From the NCBI GenBank assembly GCA_035511855.1, contig DATKEV010000171.1, positions 2,187-66,186 of the forward strand: 64,000 bases of DNA, written 5' to 3'. The stretch is from Candidatus Udaeobacter sp. (lineage in GTDB: Bacteria; Acidobacteriota; Terriglobia; Acidiferrales; UBA7541). Numbering within the stretch: the stretch's first letter is position 1; every line of letters begins with the position of its first letter. A program made the position numbers and the translations under genes. Under the pieces are notes generated by a model. The model was not told the origin of the DNA and did no database searches. It worked only from the letters and a program-made list of their open reading frames with translations. Shown piece after piece: positions 18,568 through 28,075 of this stretch.

Positions 18568-20991
18568 ATGAAACGTCGCATCGAAAAGGCAGTGGTTCTG
18601 GGAGCGGGAACGATGGGCTCACGAATCGCGGCGCATTTCGCGAACGCTGGGCTGCCGTGCATATTGCTGGATATTGTGCCTCCGAATTTGTCAGCGGATG
18701 CTCCGTCGGCGGAGCGCAACAAGATCGTGCGCGCGGGATTGGACGCCGCGAAGAAATCGAAGCCCGCTGCATTCTTTACAGCGGCGCTGGCCGAAAGAGT
18801 CGCCATTGGGAATTTCGAGGACGACCTGGCGCGCTGCGCGGAAGCCGATTGGATTATAGAAGTCGTCGCAGAAAATCTGGAGATCAAACGGAAATTGCTG
18901 GCGCGCGTGGCGCAGTTTCGAAAGCCGGGGGCCATTGTTACCACAAATACTTCTGGTTTGCCAGTGCACCTGATCGCCGAGGGGATGAGCGAAGGATTTC
19001 AGCAGCATTGGGCGGGGACGCACTTTTTCAATCCGCCGCGATACTTGAAATTGGTAGAGGTGATTCCGGGACCGAAAACGTATAGCGAAGTGGTCGAGTC
19101 ACTGAGCGAGTTTTGTGACCGGTGGTTGGGCAAGGGCGTGGTGGTGGCGAAAGACACGCCGAATTTTATCGCTAACCGCATCGGAACATTTTCGATGCTG
19201 AATGCGCTTCGATTGATGGGAACACTCGACATGACCGTGGAGGAGGTAGACGCGTGCACCGGGCCGGCCGTGGGTTGGCCGAAGTCGGCAACGTTTCGAA
19301 CGGCGGATCTCGTGGGGCTCGATGTGCTGGTGCACGTGGTGAAAAATATTTACGATACAGCGCCAGGGGACGAATCCCGCGAGCGGTACAAGGTACCGCC
19401 GATTGTGGAAGAGATGGCAAAGCGTGGGTGGCTGGGAGATAAGACCGGCCAGGGTTTTTACAAGAGAGTACGGGGCGAAGGCGCAAAGGAAATTCTGACA
19501 CTCGATGTCAACACGACGGAGTATCGCCCGCGGCAAAAGGCGAAATTCGCTTCGCTGGAAATGGGCAAGACCATTGAAGACACGCGCGAACGGTTGCGCG
19601 CGCTGATAGGGCCCGTGATCGAAGGCCAAAAGGGAGACAAAGCGCAACAGTTTCTGTGGGGCGCTCTCTCGGAAACTTGTTCCTACGCGGCCCGGCGCGT
19701 TCCGGAGATTTCCGACAGTGTCGCGGACGTCGATCGCGCGATGCGCTGGGGCTTTGGCTGGGAACTTGGGCCGTTCGAACTCATGGATGCGATCGGCGTG
19801 AAAATATTCGCCGGACAACTGCAGAAGGAAGCACGGGCGGTGCCACCGGTGATCGAGAAACTACTGACGAGCGGCCGCGAGAGATTTTACGAGTCGGAGA
19901 AAGGCACGGTCTCTGTTTTTGATATTGGCAGCGGCGGCTCGAGAAAAATTGAGGAGCCGAAAGGCATCATCATCCTGAAATCGCTCAAGGATGCTGGACG
20001 CGAAGTCGGACGGAATTCCGGCGCGAGCTTGATCGATTTGGGCGATGGCGTGGTGTGCTGCGAATTTCACGCGAAGATGAACGCCATCGGCGCGGACTTG
20101 ATCACCATGCTGCATAAGGGATTGAAGCGGCTGGAGACCGACTTCGAGGCCATGGTGATTGCCAACCAGGCGGTGAATTTTTCCGTGGGTGCGAATTTGA
20201 TGCTGGTGTTAGTGGGTGCTCAGGAGCAAGAGTGGGACGAGCTACACATGGCGGTGAAGCAGTTTCAGAACATCAACCTGGCGATCAAGTACGCGCCGAA
20301 GCCGGTCGTGGCGGCGCCGCAAGGCATGGCGCTGGGCGGCGGCTGCGAGGTCAGCCTGCACTCGGCGAAAATTCAAGCTGCGGCGGAAGCCTATATCGGC
20401 CTCGTGGAAACGGGAGTGGGGTTGATTCCGGGAGGCGGCGGAACCAAGGAGATGTTGATCCGCGCGAATGAACATGCTGCGGGCGGCGAGGACTTGGATT
20501 TGTTCCATGCGTTGAAGCCGCTGTTCGAAACGATCGCTATGGCAAGAGTGGGGACGAGTGCGGAAGAGTGCCGCGACCTGGGATACTTGCGGCGCGAAGA
20601 CGGCGTATCCATGAACCGCGACCGGCTGGCTGCCGATGCGAAGGAAGCCGCGCTAGCGCTGGTGCGCGGCGGCTACAAGCCGCTGGCGGCGAGCTGGCCG
20701 GAAGGCGCGCAGACCACGCAGATCAAAGTGCTCGGCGAACAATTTCTAGCAGGTGCAAAGCTGGCAATTCACATGATGCTTCGAGGCGGCTATGCTTCGG
20801 AATACGACGCCCACGTGGGCCGCAAACTGGCAAACATTCTGGCAGGCGGCGCGCTGACGTCGCCGCAGCGGGTCAGCGAGCAGTATGTTCTGGATCTGGA
20901 GCGCGAAGCCTTCGTTTCGCTCTGCGGCGAGAAGAAAACCCAGGAGCGCATTGCTCACACTCTGAAGACTGGCAAGCCGCTGCGCAACTAG
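18568..20991 (+). CDS. 3-hydroxyacyl-CoA dehydrogenase / enoyl-CoA hydratase fusion (FadN-type)
   Basis: N-terminal VLGAGTMGSRIA Rossmann fold. C-terminal crotonase-like half (AAPQGMALGGGCEV). 807 aa. Confidence 0.88.
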   Translation: MKRRIEKAVVLGAGTMGSRIAAHFANAGLPCILLDIVPPNLSADAPSAERNKIVRAGLDAAKKSKPAAFFTAALAERVAIGNFEDDLARCAEADWIIEVVAENLEIKRKLLARVAQFRKPGAIVTTNTSGLPVHLIAEGMSEGFQQHWAGTHFFNPPRYLKLVEVIPGPKTYSEVVESLSEFCDRWLGKGVVVAKDTPNFIANRIGTFSMLNALRLMGTLDMTVEEVDACTGPAVGWPKSATFRTADLVGLDVLVHVVKNIYDTAPGDESRERYKVPPIVEEMAKRGWLGDKTGQGFYKRVRGEGAKEILTLDVNTTEYRPRQKAKFASLEMGKTIEDTRERLRALIGPVIEGQKGDKAQQFLWGALSETCSYAARRVPEISDSVADVDRAMRWGFGWELGPFELMDAIGVKIFAGQLQKEARAVPPVIEKLLTSGRERFYESEKGTVSVFDIGSGGSRKIEEPKGIIILKSLKDAGREVGRNSGASLIDLGDGVVCCEFHAKMNAIGADLITMLHKGLKRLETDFEAMVIANQAVNFSVGANLMLVLVGAQEQEWDELHMAVKQFQNINLAIKYAPKPVVAAPQGMALGGGCEVSLHSAKIQAAAEAYIGLVETGVGLIPGGGGTKEMLIRANEHAAGGEDLDLFHALKPLFETIAMARVGTSAEECRDLGYLRREDGVSMNRDRLAADAKEAALALVRGGYKPLAASWPEGAQTTQIKVLGEQFLAGAKLAIHMMLRGGYASEYDAHVGRKLANILAGGALTSPQRVSEQYVLDLEREAFVSLCGEKKTQERIAHTLKTGKPLRN

Positions 20992-21056
20992 TCCGAGAAG
21001 GACACGACGGCGCGATACACTTCGCGCCTCTTCATCAGCTTGTAATCATATAAAAG

Positions 21057-21071
21057 CGTATTGAAAATACG
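21057..21071. promoter_or_regulatory. palindrome CGTATT-GAA-AATACG upstream of the HTH-TOBE regulator/mod operon
   Basis: Perfect 6-bp arms in an AT-rich patch 40 nt before the TTG start. It is followed by the CGTACG palindrome and another GTATT. Confidence 0.3.
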
Positions 21072-21110
21072 ATCGTACGTAGTGTATTCTGTTGATTTGC
21101 AGGAGGCATC

Positions 21111-21518
21111 TTGCAGAAACTGTTGCCCCCGCGGGAAGCGGCAAACGTCCTTGGCGTCAGCTATCCCACCTTAAAGCAGTGGATTTACCACGGAAAAATC
21201 AAGTCGGTAAAGACGCCCGGTGGGCACCACCGCGTGCCGGAGAGCGAAATTGACCGGCTGATTCCCAAAAAGCTGCTTCGCGGCGACATCGAGTCCCGGC
21301 GCGGAAATTTCCGCAAGATCAGCGGCCGCAACCAGTTGATCGGCAAGGTTCTCGACGTGAAGTACAGCGGGCTGCTAGCCCAGATAACTCTGCTGATCGG
21401 GGAACAGCATATCACGGCGATCATCACCGCGGATGCGGCGAAGGAAATGCGCTTGAAACCTGGAGAGCGGGCGGCAGCTCTGGTTAAGTCGACAGAAGTG
21501 ATGATCCTGAGGGTGTAA
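21111..21518 (+). CDS. HTH (excisionase/MerR-type) plus TOBE/Mop molybdate-sensing regulator
   Basis: LLPPREAANVLGVSYPTLKQWIYHGKIKSVKTPGGHHRV HTH. C-terminal GRNQLIGKVLDVKYSGLLAQITLLIG...VKSTEVMI TOBE fold. TTG start after AGGAGG. Immediately precedes modABC. Confidence 0.75.
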   Translation: MQKLLPPREAANVLGVSYPTLKQWIYHGKIKSVKTPGGHHRVPESEIDRLIPKKLLRGDIESRRGNFRKISGRNQLIGKVLDVKYSGLLAQITLLIGEQHITAIITADAAKEMRLKPGERAAALVKSTEVMILRV

Positions 21519-21546
21519 GAGGGAAGTTGCCCGTGACTGGTGATTT

Positions 21547-22374
21547 GTGATTGATGGAGAAAGAATCCTGCGCTTCTGTGCGGGCTCGTTCACGATTGTT
21601 GCATTCCTAGTTTCGGCTTGTTCGCACACGAAAGCCCACGAACGCGCGATTCGAGTTGCGGCGGCCGCAGACCTGAAGTTTGCCATCGGCGTGCTCGCCA
21701 CCCAGTTTGAAAAACAGACTGGAACTAGAGTGGATGTGACCTACGGTTCGAGCGGGAATTTTTTCTCGCAGATACAGAATGGTGCCCCCTTCGATCTATT
21801 TTTTTCAGCAGACATTGAGTATCCGGAAAAGTTGGCGGCGGCCAAGCTTGCGGAATCGGACACGTTGTATGAATACGCGGTAGGACGAATCGTCATTTGG
21901 GCTCCGGCGGAATCAAAGTTGGACCTGACCAGGCTGGGGTGGAAGACACTGCTGGATGCAAACGTGCGAAAAATTGTTATTGCGAACCCGGAGCACGCGC
22001 CGTATGGACGCGCGGCCGTTGCTGCTCTGAGAAACGCAGGAATCTACGAGCAAGTGAAGACGAAACTCGTGTACGGCGAAAATATTTCGCAGGCGGCGCA
22101 ATTGGTGCAGTCGGGAAATGCCCAGGCGGGAATCGTAGCAATGTCACTGGCAATGTCCCCAGGAATGAAAGAGGGGAGGTACTGGGCGATCCCCGCGTAC
22201 ATGCATCCTGCGATCGAGCAGGGAGTCGTTTTGCTGAGGGGAGCAAGCAACAAGGATGCGGCCCGGTCGTTTCTCGAGTATGTGCAGAGCACGGCAGGGC
22301 GGGCTGAACTAGAAAAGTCGGGGTTCGCGATTCCTCCAGCGCGAAAACTGTCAGCCGAGAAGGCCAAGAATTAG
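21547..22374 (+). CDS. modA: molybdate ABC transporter substrate-binding lipoprotein
   Basis: Lipobox LVSAC and a ModA-like sequence (VTYGSSGNFFSQIQNGAPFDLFFSAD). GTG start. Confidence 0.85.
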   Translation: MIDGERILRFCAGSFTIVAFLVSACSHTKAHERAIRVAAAADLKFAIGVLATQFEKQTGTRVDVTYGSSGNFFSQIQNGAPFDLFFSADIEYPEKLAAAKLAESDTLYEYAVGRIVIWAPAESKLDLTRLGWKTLLDANVRKIVIANPEHAPYGRAAVAALRNAGIYEQVKTKLVYGENISQAAQLVQSGNAQAGIVAMSLAMSPGMKEGRYWAIPAYMHPAIEQGVVLLRGASNKDAARSFLEYVQSTAGRAELEKSGFAIPPARKLSAEKAKN

Positions 22375-22407
22375 AAGTCCAGCAAGGAGGCGACGGAGCA
22401 GAAAGAA

Positions 22408-23076
22408 ATGGAAGCGCTGTGGTTATCGTTCAAACTGGCGACGTGCGTCGCGATGATCTTGCTGGTCATCGGCATGCCCGGGGCGTATTGGCTGGCGTAT
22501 TCGCATTGGCGCGGGAAATTCCTGCTTGAATCAATGGTGGCTTTGCCGCTTGTGCTGCCGCCTACGGTGTTGGGTTTTTATGCGCTTGTCGCGATGGGGC
22601 CGCACGGGCCAGTCGGAAAATTGTGGATGGCGCTGTTCGGGCACGGGCTGGCATTTACCTTTGAGGGACTGATCCTGGCGTCAGTGGTGTACAGCTTCCC
22701 GTTCGCGGTGCAACCCCTGATGGCCTCATTTGAATCGGTCGATCGCAAGCTGCTGGATGCGTCGGCCGTGCTCGGTGCCGGAAGTCTGCGAACCTTCCGG
22801 CGCGTCATCCTGCCTCTATCGTTGCCGGGTGTAGTGACCGCCATCGTGCTGAGTTTCGCGCATACGTTGGGAGAATTCGGCGTCGTGCTGATGGTGGGCG
22901 GAAACCTGGAAGGTGTGACGCGAACCGTCTCGATCGACATCTATGACCGGGTACAGTCGCTGGAGTTCGGCGAAGCGAATCACCTGGCGTTGGTTTTGCT
23001 GGCGATCTCGTTCACCGTATTGTCTGTCGTGTACGCTGTGAATCGCCGCGTGTGGACTCCGTGGCCCACGAAGTGA
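22408..23076 (+). CDS. modB: molybdate ABC transporter permease
   Basis: Five or six TM helices and an EAA-loop region DASAVLGAGSLRTFRRVILPLSLPG. Confidence 0.9.
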   Translation: MEALWLSFKLATCVAMILLVIGMPGAYWLAYSHWRGKFLLESMVALPLVLPPTVLGFYALVAMGPHGPVGKLWMALFGHGLAFTFEGLILASVVYSFPFAVQPLMASFESVDRKLLDASAVLGAGSLRTFRRVILPLSLPGVVTAIVLSFAHTLGEFGVVLMVGGNLEGVTRTVSIDIYDRVQSLEFGEANHLALVLLAISFTVLSVVYAVNRRVWTPWPTK

Positions 23077-24176
23077 AACCTGCAGTGCTCACAGCGCAAA
23101 TCCGCAAAGAGCGCCACAACTCGCACACGCCCTCTTTTCTCCTGGATGTCTCCCTTGAAGCTTTCCCCGGCATCACCATTCTGTTTGGGCCTTCCGGCGC
23201 AGGAAAATCTACGCTCATGGATTGCGTCGTGGGGCTGGTGCGGCCGGACGCGGGCCGCGTTGCAATCGGCGACGGTGTCCTCTTCGATTCTTCACTTGAG
23301 ATGAATCTCACCCCACAGAATCGGCGCATCGCCTATGTCTTTCAGACCCTTGCGCTGTTTCCTCATCTGACCGTCGAACAAAACGTCGCCTACGGCCTTC
23401 ACAGACTTGCACCGGAAGAACGTAATCGGCGCGTGAAGGAAATCCTCGAAGGCTTCCGAGTGGAGCACCTGAGCAGACGGAAACCCGGCGCCATTTCGGG
23501 AGGAGAGAGGCAGCGTGTGGCTCTGGCAAGATCGCTGGTCACCGATCCGCGCGTGTTGTTGCTGGATGAGCCGCTAACGGGACTGGACGCCGAGCTCAAA
23601 GCCGCGATCGTAGACGATTTGCGCGCGTGGAATGCGGCGAAGCAGATTCCCATCTTGTATGTGACGCATAGCAGAGATGAAGTGGACGCCCTTGGCGAGC
23701 GCGTGCTGGCGATGGAAAACGGCCACATCATGAGCGCTGGCGCGCCAATGGATGTGCTCGATGCGCCGCGGCGGAAAAGACTCGCGCAGTCCGCCGGATT
23801 TGAGAATTTGCTCGCCGGCGTGGTCTTGGACTTGCGTGAGAGGGATGGCGTGATGCGCGTGCGACTGGGAGAAAGCTCCTGTGAGATAGAAGTTCCACTT
23901 GGTTACGCGGCGCCCGGCGATCCCGTGAAAGTCGCCGTTCGGGCCGGAGACATTTTACTGGCGACAGAAAGGCCGCATGGGCTAAGCGCGCGAAACGTAT
24001 TGGAAGGGCGAATCGAATCTCTGGAACGCCGCGGCACGATGGTGATTGCGCGAGTCGATTGCGGAGCAAAGTTTATCGTGCACATCACGCCGGGGGCGGC
24101 GCGAACCCTCGGGTTATCGGAAGGGCAGAAGGCCTGGCTCGTGCTGAAAACGCACTCCTGTCATCTGGTGGTTTAA
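23073..24176 (+). CDS. modC: molybdate ABC transporter ATPase with C-terminal TOBE domain
   Basis: Walker A GPSGAGKST, signature ISGGERQRV, Walker B LLLDEP. GTG at 23073 overlaps the modB stop (GTGA). An alternative ATG lies at 23052. Confidence 0.9.
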   Translation: MKPAVLTAQIRKERHNSHTPSFLLDVSLEAFPGITILFGPSGAGKSTLMDCVVGLVRPDAGRVAIGDGVLFDSSLEMNLTPQNRRIAYVFQTLALFPHLTVEQNVAYGLHRLAPEERNRRVKEILEGFRVEHLSRRKPGAISGGERQRVALARSLVTDPRVLLLDEPLTGLDAELKAAIVDDLRAWNAAKQIPILYVTHSRDEVDALGERVLAMENGHIMSAGAPMDVLDAPRRKRLAQSAGFENLLAGVVLDLRERDGVMRVRLGESSCEIEVPLGYAAPGDPVKVAVRAGDILLATERPHGLSARNVLEGRIESLERRGTMVIARVDCGAKFIVHITPGAARTLGLSEGQKAWLVLKTHSCHLVV

Positions 24177-24555
24177 ACGGATCCGAAACAGGGGTTTCTC
24201 GGGACTTTGCCTTCGACGGGGCAGCAACGGCCGGCTTGGGCGCGGTCGGAACCGAGAATTTAACTTGGTCGGCCTCCAGTGTGTTGTCCTTGGGTGTAGC
24301 GTGAATTACCACAAGGTATCCGATCGCTAAATCGGAGAACTTGGCGGGTTTGTCCTGGTTATTGGAGCGCAGCAGGTACACAGTCGAAGCGGCCAGCTTC
24401 ACTTCCACTGGCTTGCCATCCTTGGCCCTCACCGATAGGGAATCGGGGCCAATTTTCTCCACTGTGCCCTGGACGTGAACCTTGTTGCCGTGCGCCCATA
24501 CTCCCCCGGCGATGACCCCTAGCGCCAAGGTGAGCACGCCGATGTGAAGCTTCAT
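24085..24555 (-). CDS. small secreted protein, beta-rich core plus low-complexity tail
   Basis: Signal peptide MKLHIGVLTLALGVIAGGVWA followed by HGNKVHVQGTVEKI. It is 41 nt downstream of the cytochrome c gene on the same strand. The last 92 nt overlap the 3' end of modC on the opposite strand. Confidence 0.5.
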   Translation of the reverse strand: MKLHIGVLTLALGVIAGGVWAHGNKVHVQGTVEKIGPDSLSVRAKDGKPVEVKLAASTVYLLRSNNQDKPAKFSDLAIGYLVVIHATPKDNTLEADQVKFSVPTAPKPAVAAPSKAKSRETPVSDPFKPPDDRSAFSARARPSALPITRGFAPPPA

Positions 24556-24596
24556 GGAAATCCCTCCTGAATATCCGCGGCTCTACCCAGAATACC

Positions 24597-25235
24597 TCAT
24601 TTGCGAGTTCCATTCTGTGATTCCGGTTTGGCCTTTGGCGTTGCTCCGTTTAAGAAATCATTCTCCTGCTCTTCTTCCTGGCGGGCATCGGGCCCTCTTG
24701 GATTGTAATGCTCCATCTCCATGCGTTCCGCGACGCTCAGGTGAGGCAGATGACGGATGAAATGGACCAATTTCCAGTTTTCCATGTCGGCGACGTGGTT
24801 CCCGCCCGTTCCGTCATGCTCCTCTGGAGGGAATGCGGGCATGCCGGTAAAGCGTACGCCATTCTCGATGATCCAGAATATTTCCCCATCAGAGAGATTT
24901 TGAGTTTCCGGTAAGCGCAAATCGGGTGGCTTCGGGTAGAGGCCCCTGCCGATCATCGTGTTGCCGCCGCCATCGTTGTCGTGGCACATGGCGCAATGAT
25001 CGGCAAAATGAAGCCGCGCCTCGCGAAGATCTTCTGCCGAATCGAGCAACGGATTCTGCGTCGCGCGCACGCTCGATGGTATCGCTAGGTGACGCACCTT
25101 GCGGGCAATCGCGATTTCCATCTTGGTTGGCCTGGCGCGGGAGCTGAGACCATCGTGAAAGAAAGTGGAGGCAATGGCGGCACAAATTCCCAGCATCGCG
25201 ACCCCGATGAAGACGAAGATGGAACTGCGTCTCAT
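24597..25235 (-). CDS. membrane-anchored mono-haem c-type cytochrome
   Basis: Start at the internal ATG (MRRSSIFVFIGVAMLGICAAI). CAMCHDNDG haem motif and FTGMPAF Met ligand region. Paralogous in layout to 5566..6063. Confidence 0.7.
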   Translation of the reverse strand: MRRSSIFVFIGVAMLGICAAIASTFFHDGLSSRARPTKMEIAIARKVRHLAIPSSVRATQNPLLDSAEDLREARLHFADHCAMCHDNDGGGNTMIGRGLYPKPPDLRLPETQNLSDGEIFWIIENGVRFTGMPAFPPEEHDGTGGNHVADMENWKLVHFIRHLPHLSVAERMEMEHYNPRGPDARQEEEQENDFLNGATPKAKPESQNGTRK

Positions 25236-25367
25236 GGTCCTAAAAGTATGGTAAAGGATGCAGGCCGCAGCAGCCAGCAGCAAAACCCTCGGTCCTGAAC
25301 GGCGGGACTCCCGATGTACTCCCGATGTAGCTAGGATCAGGGGTACTTCTGGTAGGATACTCAGCAA

Positions 25368-26681
25368 ATGAAGATAAATCCGATCGGCGAACTCGTTTCC
25401 GTGACGAATGACGCGCGGGCTCACAGTACCGTCATTCCTGGAACGCCCGACCTCTCTGAGAAACGAAATTTGGTTTCAGCGTTGGAGGCTTGTCCGTCGG
25501 AGAGTCGGGAGTGTTTGCAAGCCGCGATGACCGGCGCCGAACTAAATTTCGAGCAAGGTCTCCTTCTCGCCACCGCGGAAGGCCCCGCGCTCGACGCCCT
25601 CGTCGGGGTCGCGGATCAACTCCGCCGCGAGGCGGCGGGTGAGACGATCACGTACGTCGTCAACCGCAATATCAATTTTACGAATGTATGTTTCGTTGGG
25701 TGCAGTTTCTGCGGGTTTGGACGCGGGCCGGGCGCTACGGATGCCTATTCCCTCTCTTTCTCGGAAGTGGTGCACCGCGCGCAGGAGGCTTGGAACCGCG
25801 GCGCGACGGAAGTCTGTATTCAGGGTGGTTTGCCGAAGGACCTCGACGGATTTTTTTATCGCGATCTGCTGCGTGCGGTGAAACAGGCGATTCCCGCTAT
25901 TCACGTGCATGCCTTCTCGCCGATGGAGATTGATTACGGCGTGACAAAAACCAAAATGCCGCTCCGCGAATATCTCCAGATGATGAAAGCCGAAGGACTC
26001 GGAAGCATCCCGGGAACAGCGGCCGAAATTCTGGACGATCGCGTGAGGAAGGAACTCAGTCCTAACAAACTGCCGGTGGCTCGCTGGGTAGAAATCATCA
26101 CGACTGCACATGAACTGGGAATTCCGACGACTTCCACGATGATGTACGGCCACGTCGAAGAGCCAGCAGATTGGGTGCGGCACATTTTGCTGCTCCGTTC
26201 CATCCAAAAACGCACCGGCGGATTCACGGAGTTTGTGCCGCTCGGATTCATCCATGAAAATACGCGGCTCTACCGTCACGGTGGCGCGAGGCCGGGTGCC
26301 AAGCGGGAAGAACACCTGCGCGTGCACGCTTTGTCGCGCGTGCTGTTGTATGGGGCCATTAAGAATTTACAGGTCTCCTGGGTAAAGCTGGGATTCGACA
26401 CATCGCTCGCGTGCTTGCAAGCGGGCGCGAACGATTTCAGCGGGACCTTGATGGAAGAAAATATTTCGAAAGCCGCGGGCGCCACCTTTGGGGAATACGT
26501 TTCGCCGGAGGAATTTCGCGCGAAGATTCGGTCGATTGGCCGCGTGCCGGCGGAACGCACGACCACTTACAAAATTCGAAGAACTTTTGGTATCGCTGCG
26601 GACGAAACTAGCTCCGCGCATCTGCACCTGCAAATAGCTCGCGAACTCAGCCACCAACCCTATTCAGAAGGCTGCTACTGA
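25368..26681 (+). CDS. cofH: radical SAM enzyme, CofH-like (FO synthase subunit 2)
   Basis: ITYVVNRNINFTNVCFVGCSFCGF (CxxxCxxC), HVHAFSPMEI, IPGTAAEILDD, TGGFTEFVPLGF and GANDFSGTLMEE resemble the CofH half of FbiC more than MqnC/MqnE, as I remember them. The start is uncertain; an alternative ATG lies at 25527. Confidence 0.7.
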   Translation: MKINPIGELVSVTNDARAHSTVIPGTPDLSEKRNLVSALEACPSESRECLQAAMTGAELNFEQGLLLATAEGPALDALVGVADQLRREAAGETITYVVNRNINFTNVCFVGCSFCGFGRGPGATDAYSLSFSEVVHRAQEAWNRGATEVCIQGGLPKDLDGFFYRDLLRAVKQAIPAIHVHAFSPMEIDYGVTKTKMPLREYLQMMKAEGLGSIPGTAAEILDDRVRKELSPNKLPVARWVEIITTAHELGIPTTSTMMYGHVEEPADWVRHILLLRSIQKRTGGFTEFVPLGFIHENTRLYRHGGARPGAKREEHLRVHALSRVLLYGAIKNLQVSWVKLGFDTSLACLQAGANDFSGTLMEENISKAAGATFGEYVSPEEFRAKIRSIGRVPAERTTTYKIRRTFGIAADETSSAHLHLQIARELSHQPYSEGCY

Positions 26682-26690
26682 GGGATTCCA

Positions 26691-27383
26691 ATGCGCGCAC
26701 TCCTCTTGCCGGTGAAAGACCTGAAGAATGCCAAAAAAAGATTGTCGAATGTGTTGACCTCGGAGGAAAGGTTCGGACTTGCGGAAGCTATGCTGGCGGA
26801 CACGATTCGAGCGGTGCGCCGCGCGCGGCTGGCAGAAAAGATTTTTGTGGCCACGAGCTATGAGCCGGTCATGAATATCGCTGAGGAATCTGGTTGGGAG
26901 ATCATCCGCGAAACGCAGCAAATATCCGAGAGCGATTCCGTGGATGCTGCGTCGCGGATCTGTGAAGAGCGAGGTGTCACCGGATTGCTCCGCGTGCCGC
27001 TGGATTTGCCCCTGCTGCGTTCTCAAGACATCGATGATTTGCTCGCTATCGACTGCCAAGCGCCTGCCCTGGTGATTGTGCCCTCGCGCGACGGGACGGG
27101 CACGAATGCGATGTTGCGGACGCCGCCCACTATGTTTCCATCAAACTTTGGAAATGGGAGTTTTGCGAAGCATCTTGCGGAAGCTGAAAAGGCCAGGGCG
27201 CACATCATCGTCCGGCGCAATGCCCGGCTCGAGATGGACGTAGATGACGAGAGTGATTTGCGCGCGCTTTTGGAGCAGGATTTGAAGGAGACGGAAACGG
27301 GTAAGTGGCTTCGTGACAGCGGAGTGGGCGCAAGGCTCGATTCGAAGGCGGAAACCGAAGCCAAGTTTGCCGCGGGAAGTTGA
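26691..27383 (+). CDS. cofC: CofC/FbiD-like guanylyltransferase (F420 side-chain activation)
   Basis: MRALLLPVKDLKNAKKRL, PSRDGTGTNAM, FGNGSFAKH and DVDDESDL motifs. Confidence 0.7.
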   Translation: MRALLLPVKDLKNAKKRLSNVLTSEERFGLAEAMLADTIRAVRRARLAEKIFVATSYEPVMNIAEESGWEIIRETQQISESDSVDAASRICEERGVTGLLRVPLDLPLLRSQDIDDLLAIDCQAPALVIVPSRDGTGTNAMLRTPPTMFPSNFGNGSFAKHLAEAEKARAHIIVRRNARLEMDVDDESDLRALLEQDLKETETGKWLRDSGVGARLDSKAETEAKFAAGS

Positions 27384-27394
27384 GCGGCGGGTGA

Positions 27395-28075
27395 ATGATG
27401 AGGCGGAAAGTATTTTCAAGTATCGATGAAGTTGTCGCCGATATTCCCGATGGCGCTCGAATCATGTTCGGAGGATTCGGCGGCGCCGGTTTTCCGAATA
27501 ACCTGATTCAGGCGCTCGCGAGAAAGGGCACTAGGAAGATCACCGCAATCAGTAATAATTGCGGAACGCGCGAAGGGGAGTTGGGGCTGATGTTCAAGAA
27601 CAATCAGATCGGCCACGTCATCGCGTCGTTTCCGGGTCCCCATGCGAATTACTTCCAGGATCGCTACGCGGCCAAGGAAGTGACGCTGGAGCTCGTGCCC
27701 CAGGGAATTCTCTGCGAGCGGATGCGTGCCGCCGCTGCAGGTCTGCAAGGCTTTTATACGACGGTCGGTGTAGGCACGGAAGTGGCCGAAGGAAAAGAAG
27801 AGCGAGTCATTGACAACAAACGGTGCATTCTGGAAATGCCGATTCATGCGGATTATGCGTTCATCAAAGCACAGAAAGCAGACGAGCTGGGGAATCTGAC
27901 GTACCGGCTGGCGGCCAGAAATTTCAACCCGATCATGGCCACGGCGGCGAAGACCACCATCGCGGAGGTGGAGGAAATTGTTCCGGTCGGCTCGATCGAG
28001 CCGGAAAATGTGATCACTCCGGCCATTTTCGTCCACCGCATCGTGCAGGCGAAAGGGCTCCGTTATGACGGCTAA
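27395..28075 (+). CDS. scoA: 3-oxoacid CoA-transferase subunit A
   Basis: DGARIMFGGFGGAGFPNNLI, NNCG, TPQG-like LVPQGILCERMRAAAAG, NFNPIMATAAKTTIAEVEEIV. Confidence 0.85.
   Translation: MMRRKVFSSIDEVVADIPDGARIMFGGFGGAGFPNNLIQALARKGTRKITAISNNCGTREGELGLMFKNNQIGHVIASFPGPHANYFQDRYAAKEVTLELVPQGILCERMRAAAAGLQGFYTTVGVGTEVAEGKEERVIDNKRCILEMPIHADYAFIKAQKADELGNLTYRLAARNFNPIMATAAKTTIAEVEEIVPVGSIEPENVITPAIFVHRIVQAKGLRYDG

Noticed and set aside
20992-21546. Molybdenum-cofactor riboswitch upstream of modA.
   Set aside because: The space is occupied by a protein-coding HTH-TOBE regulator gene. The remaining 28-nt and 119-nt gaps are too short and lack the Moco motif features I remember.
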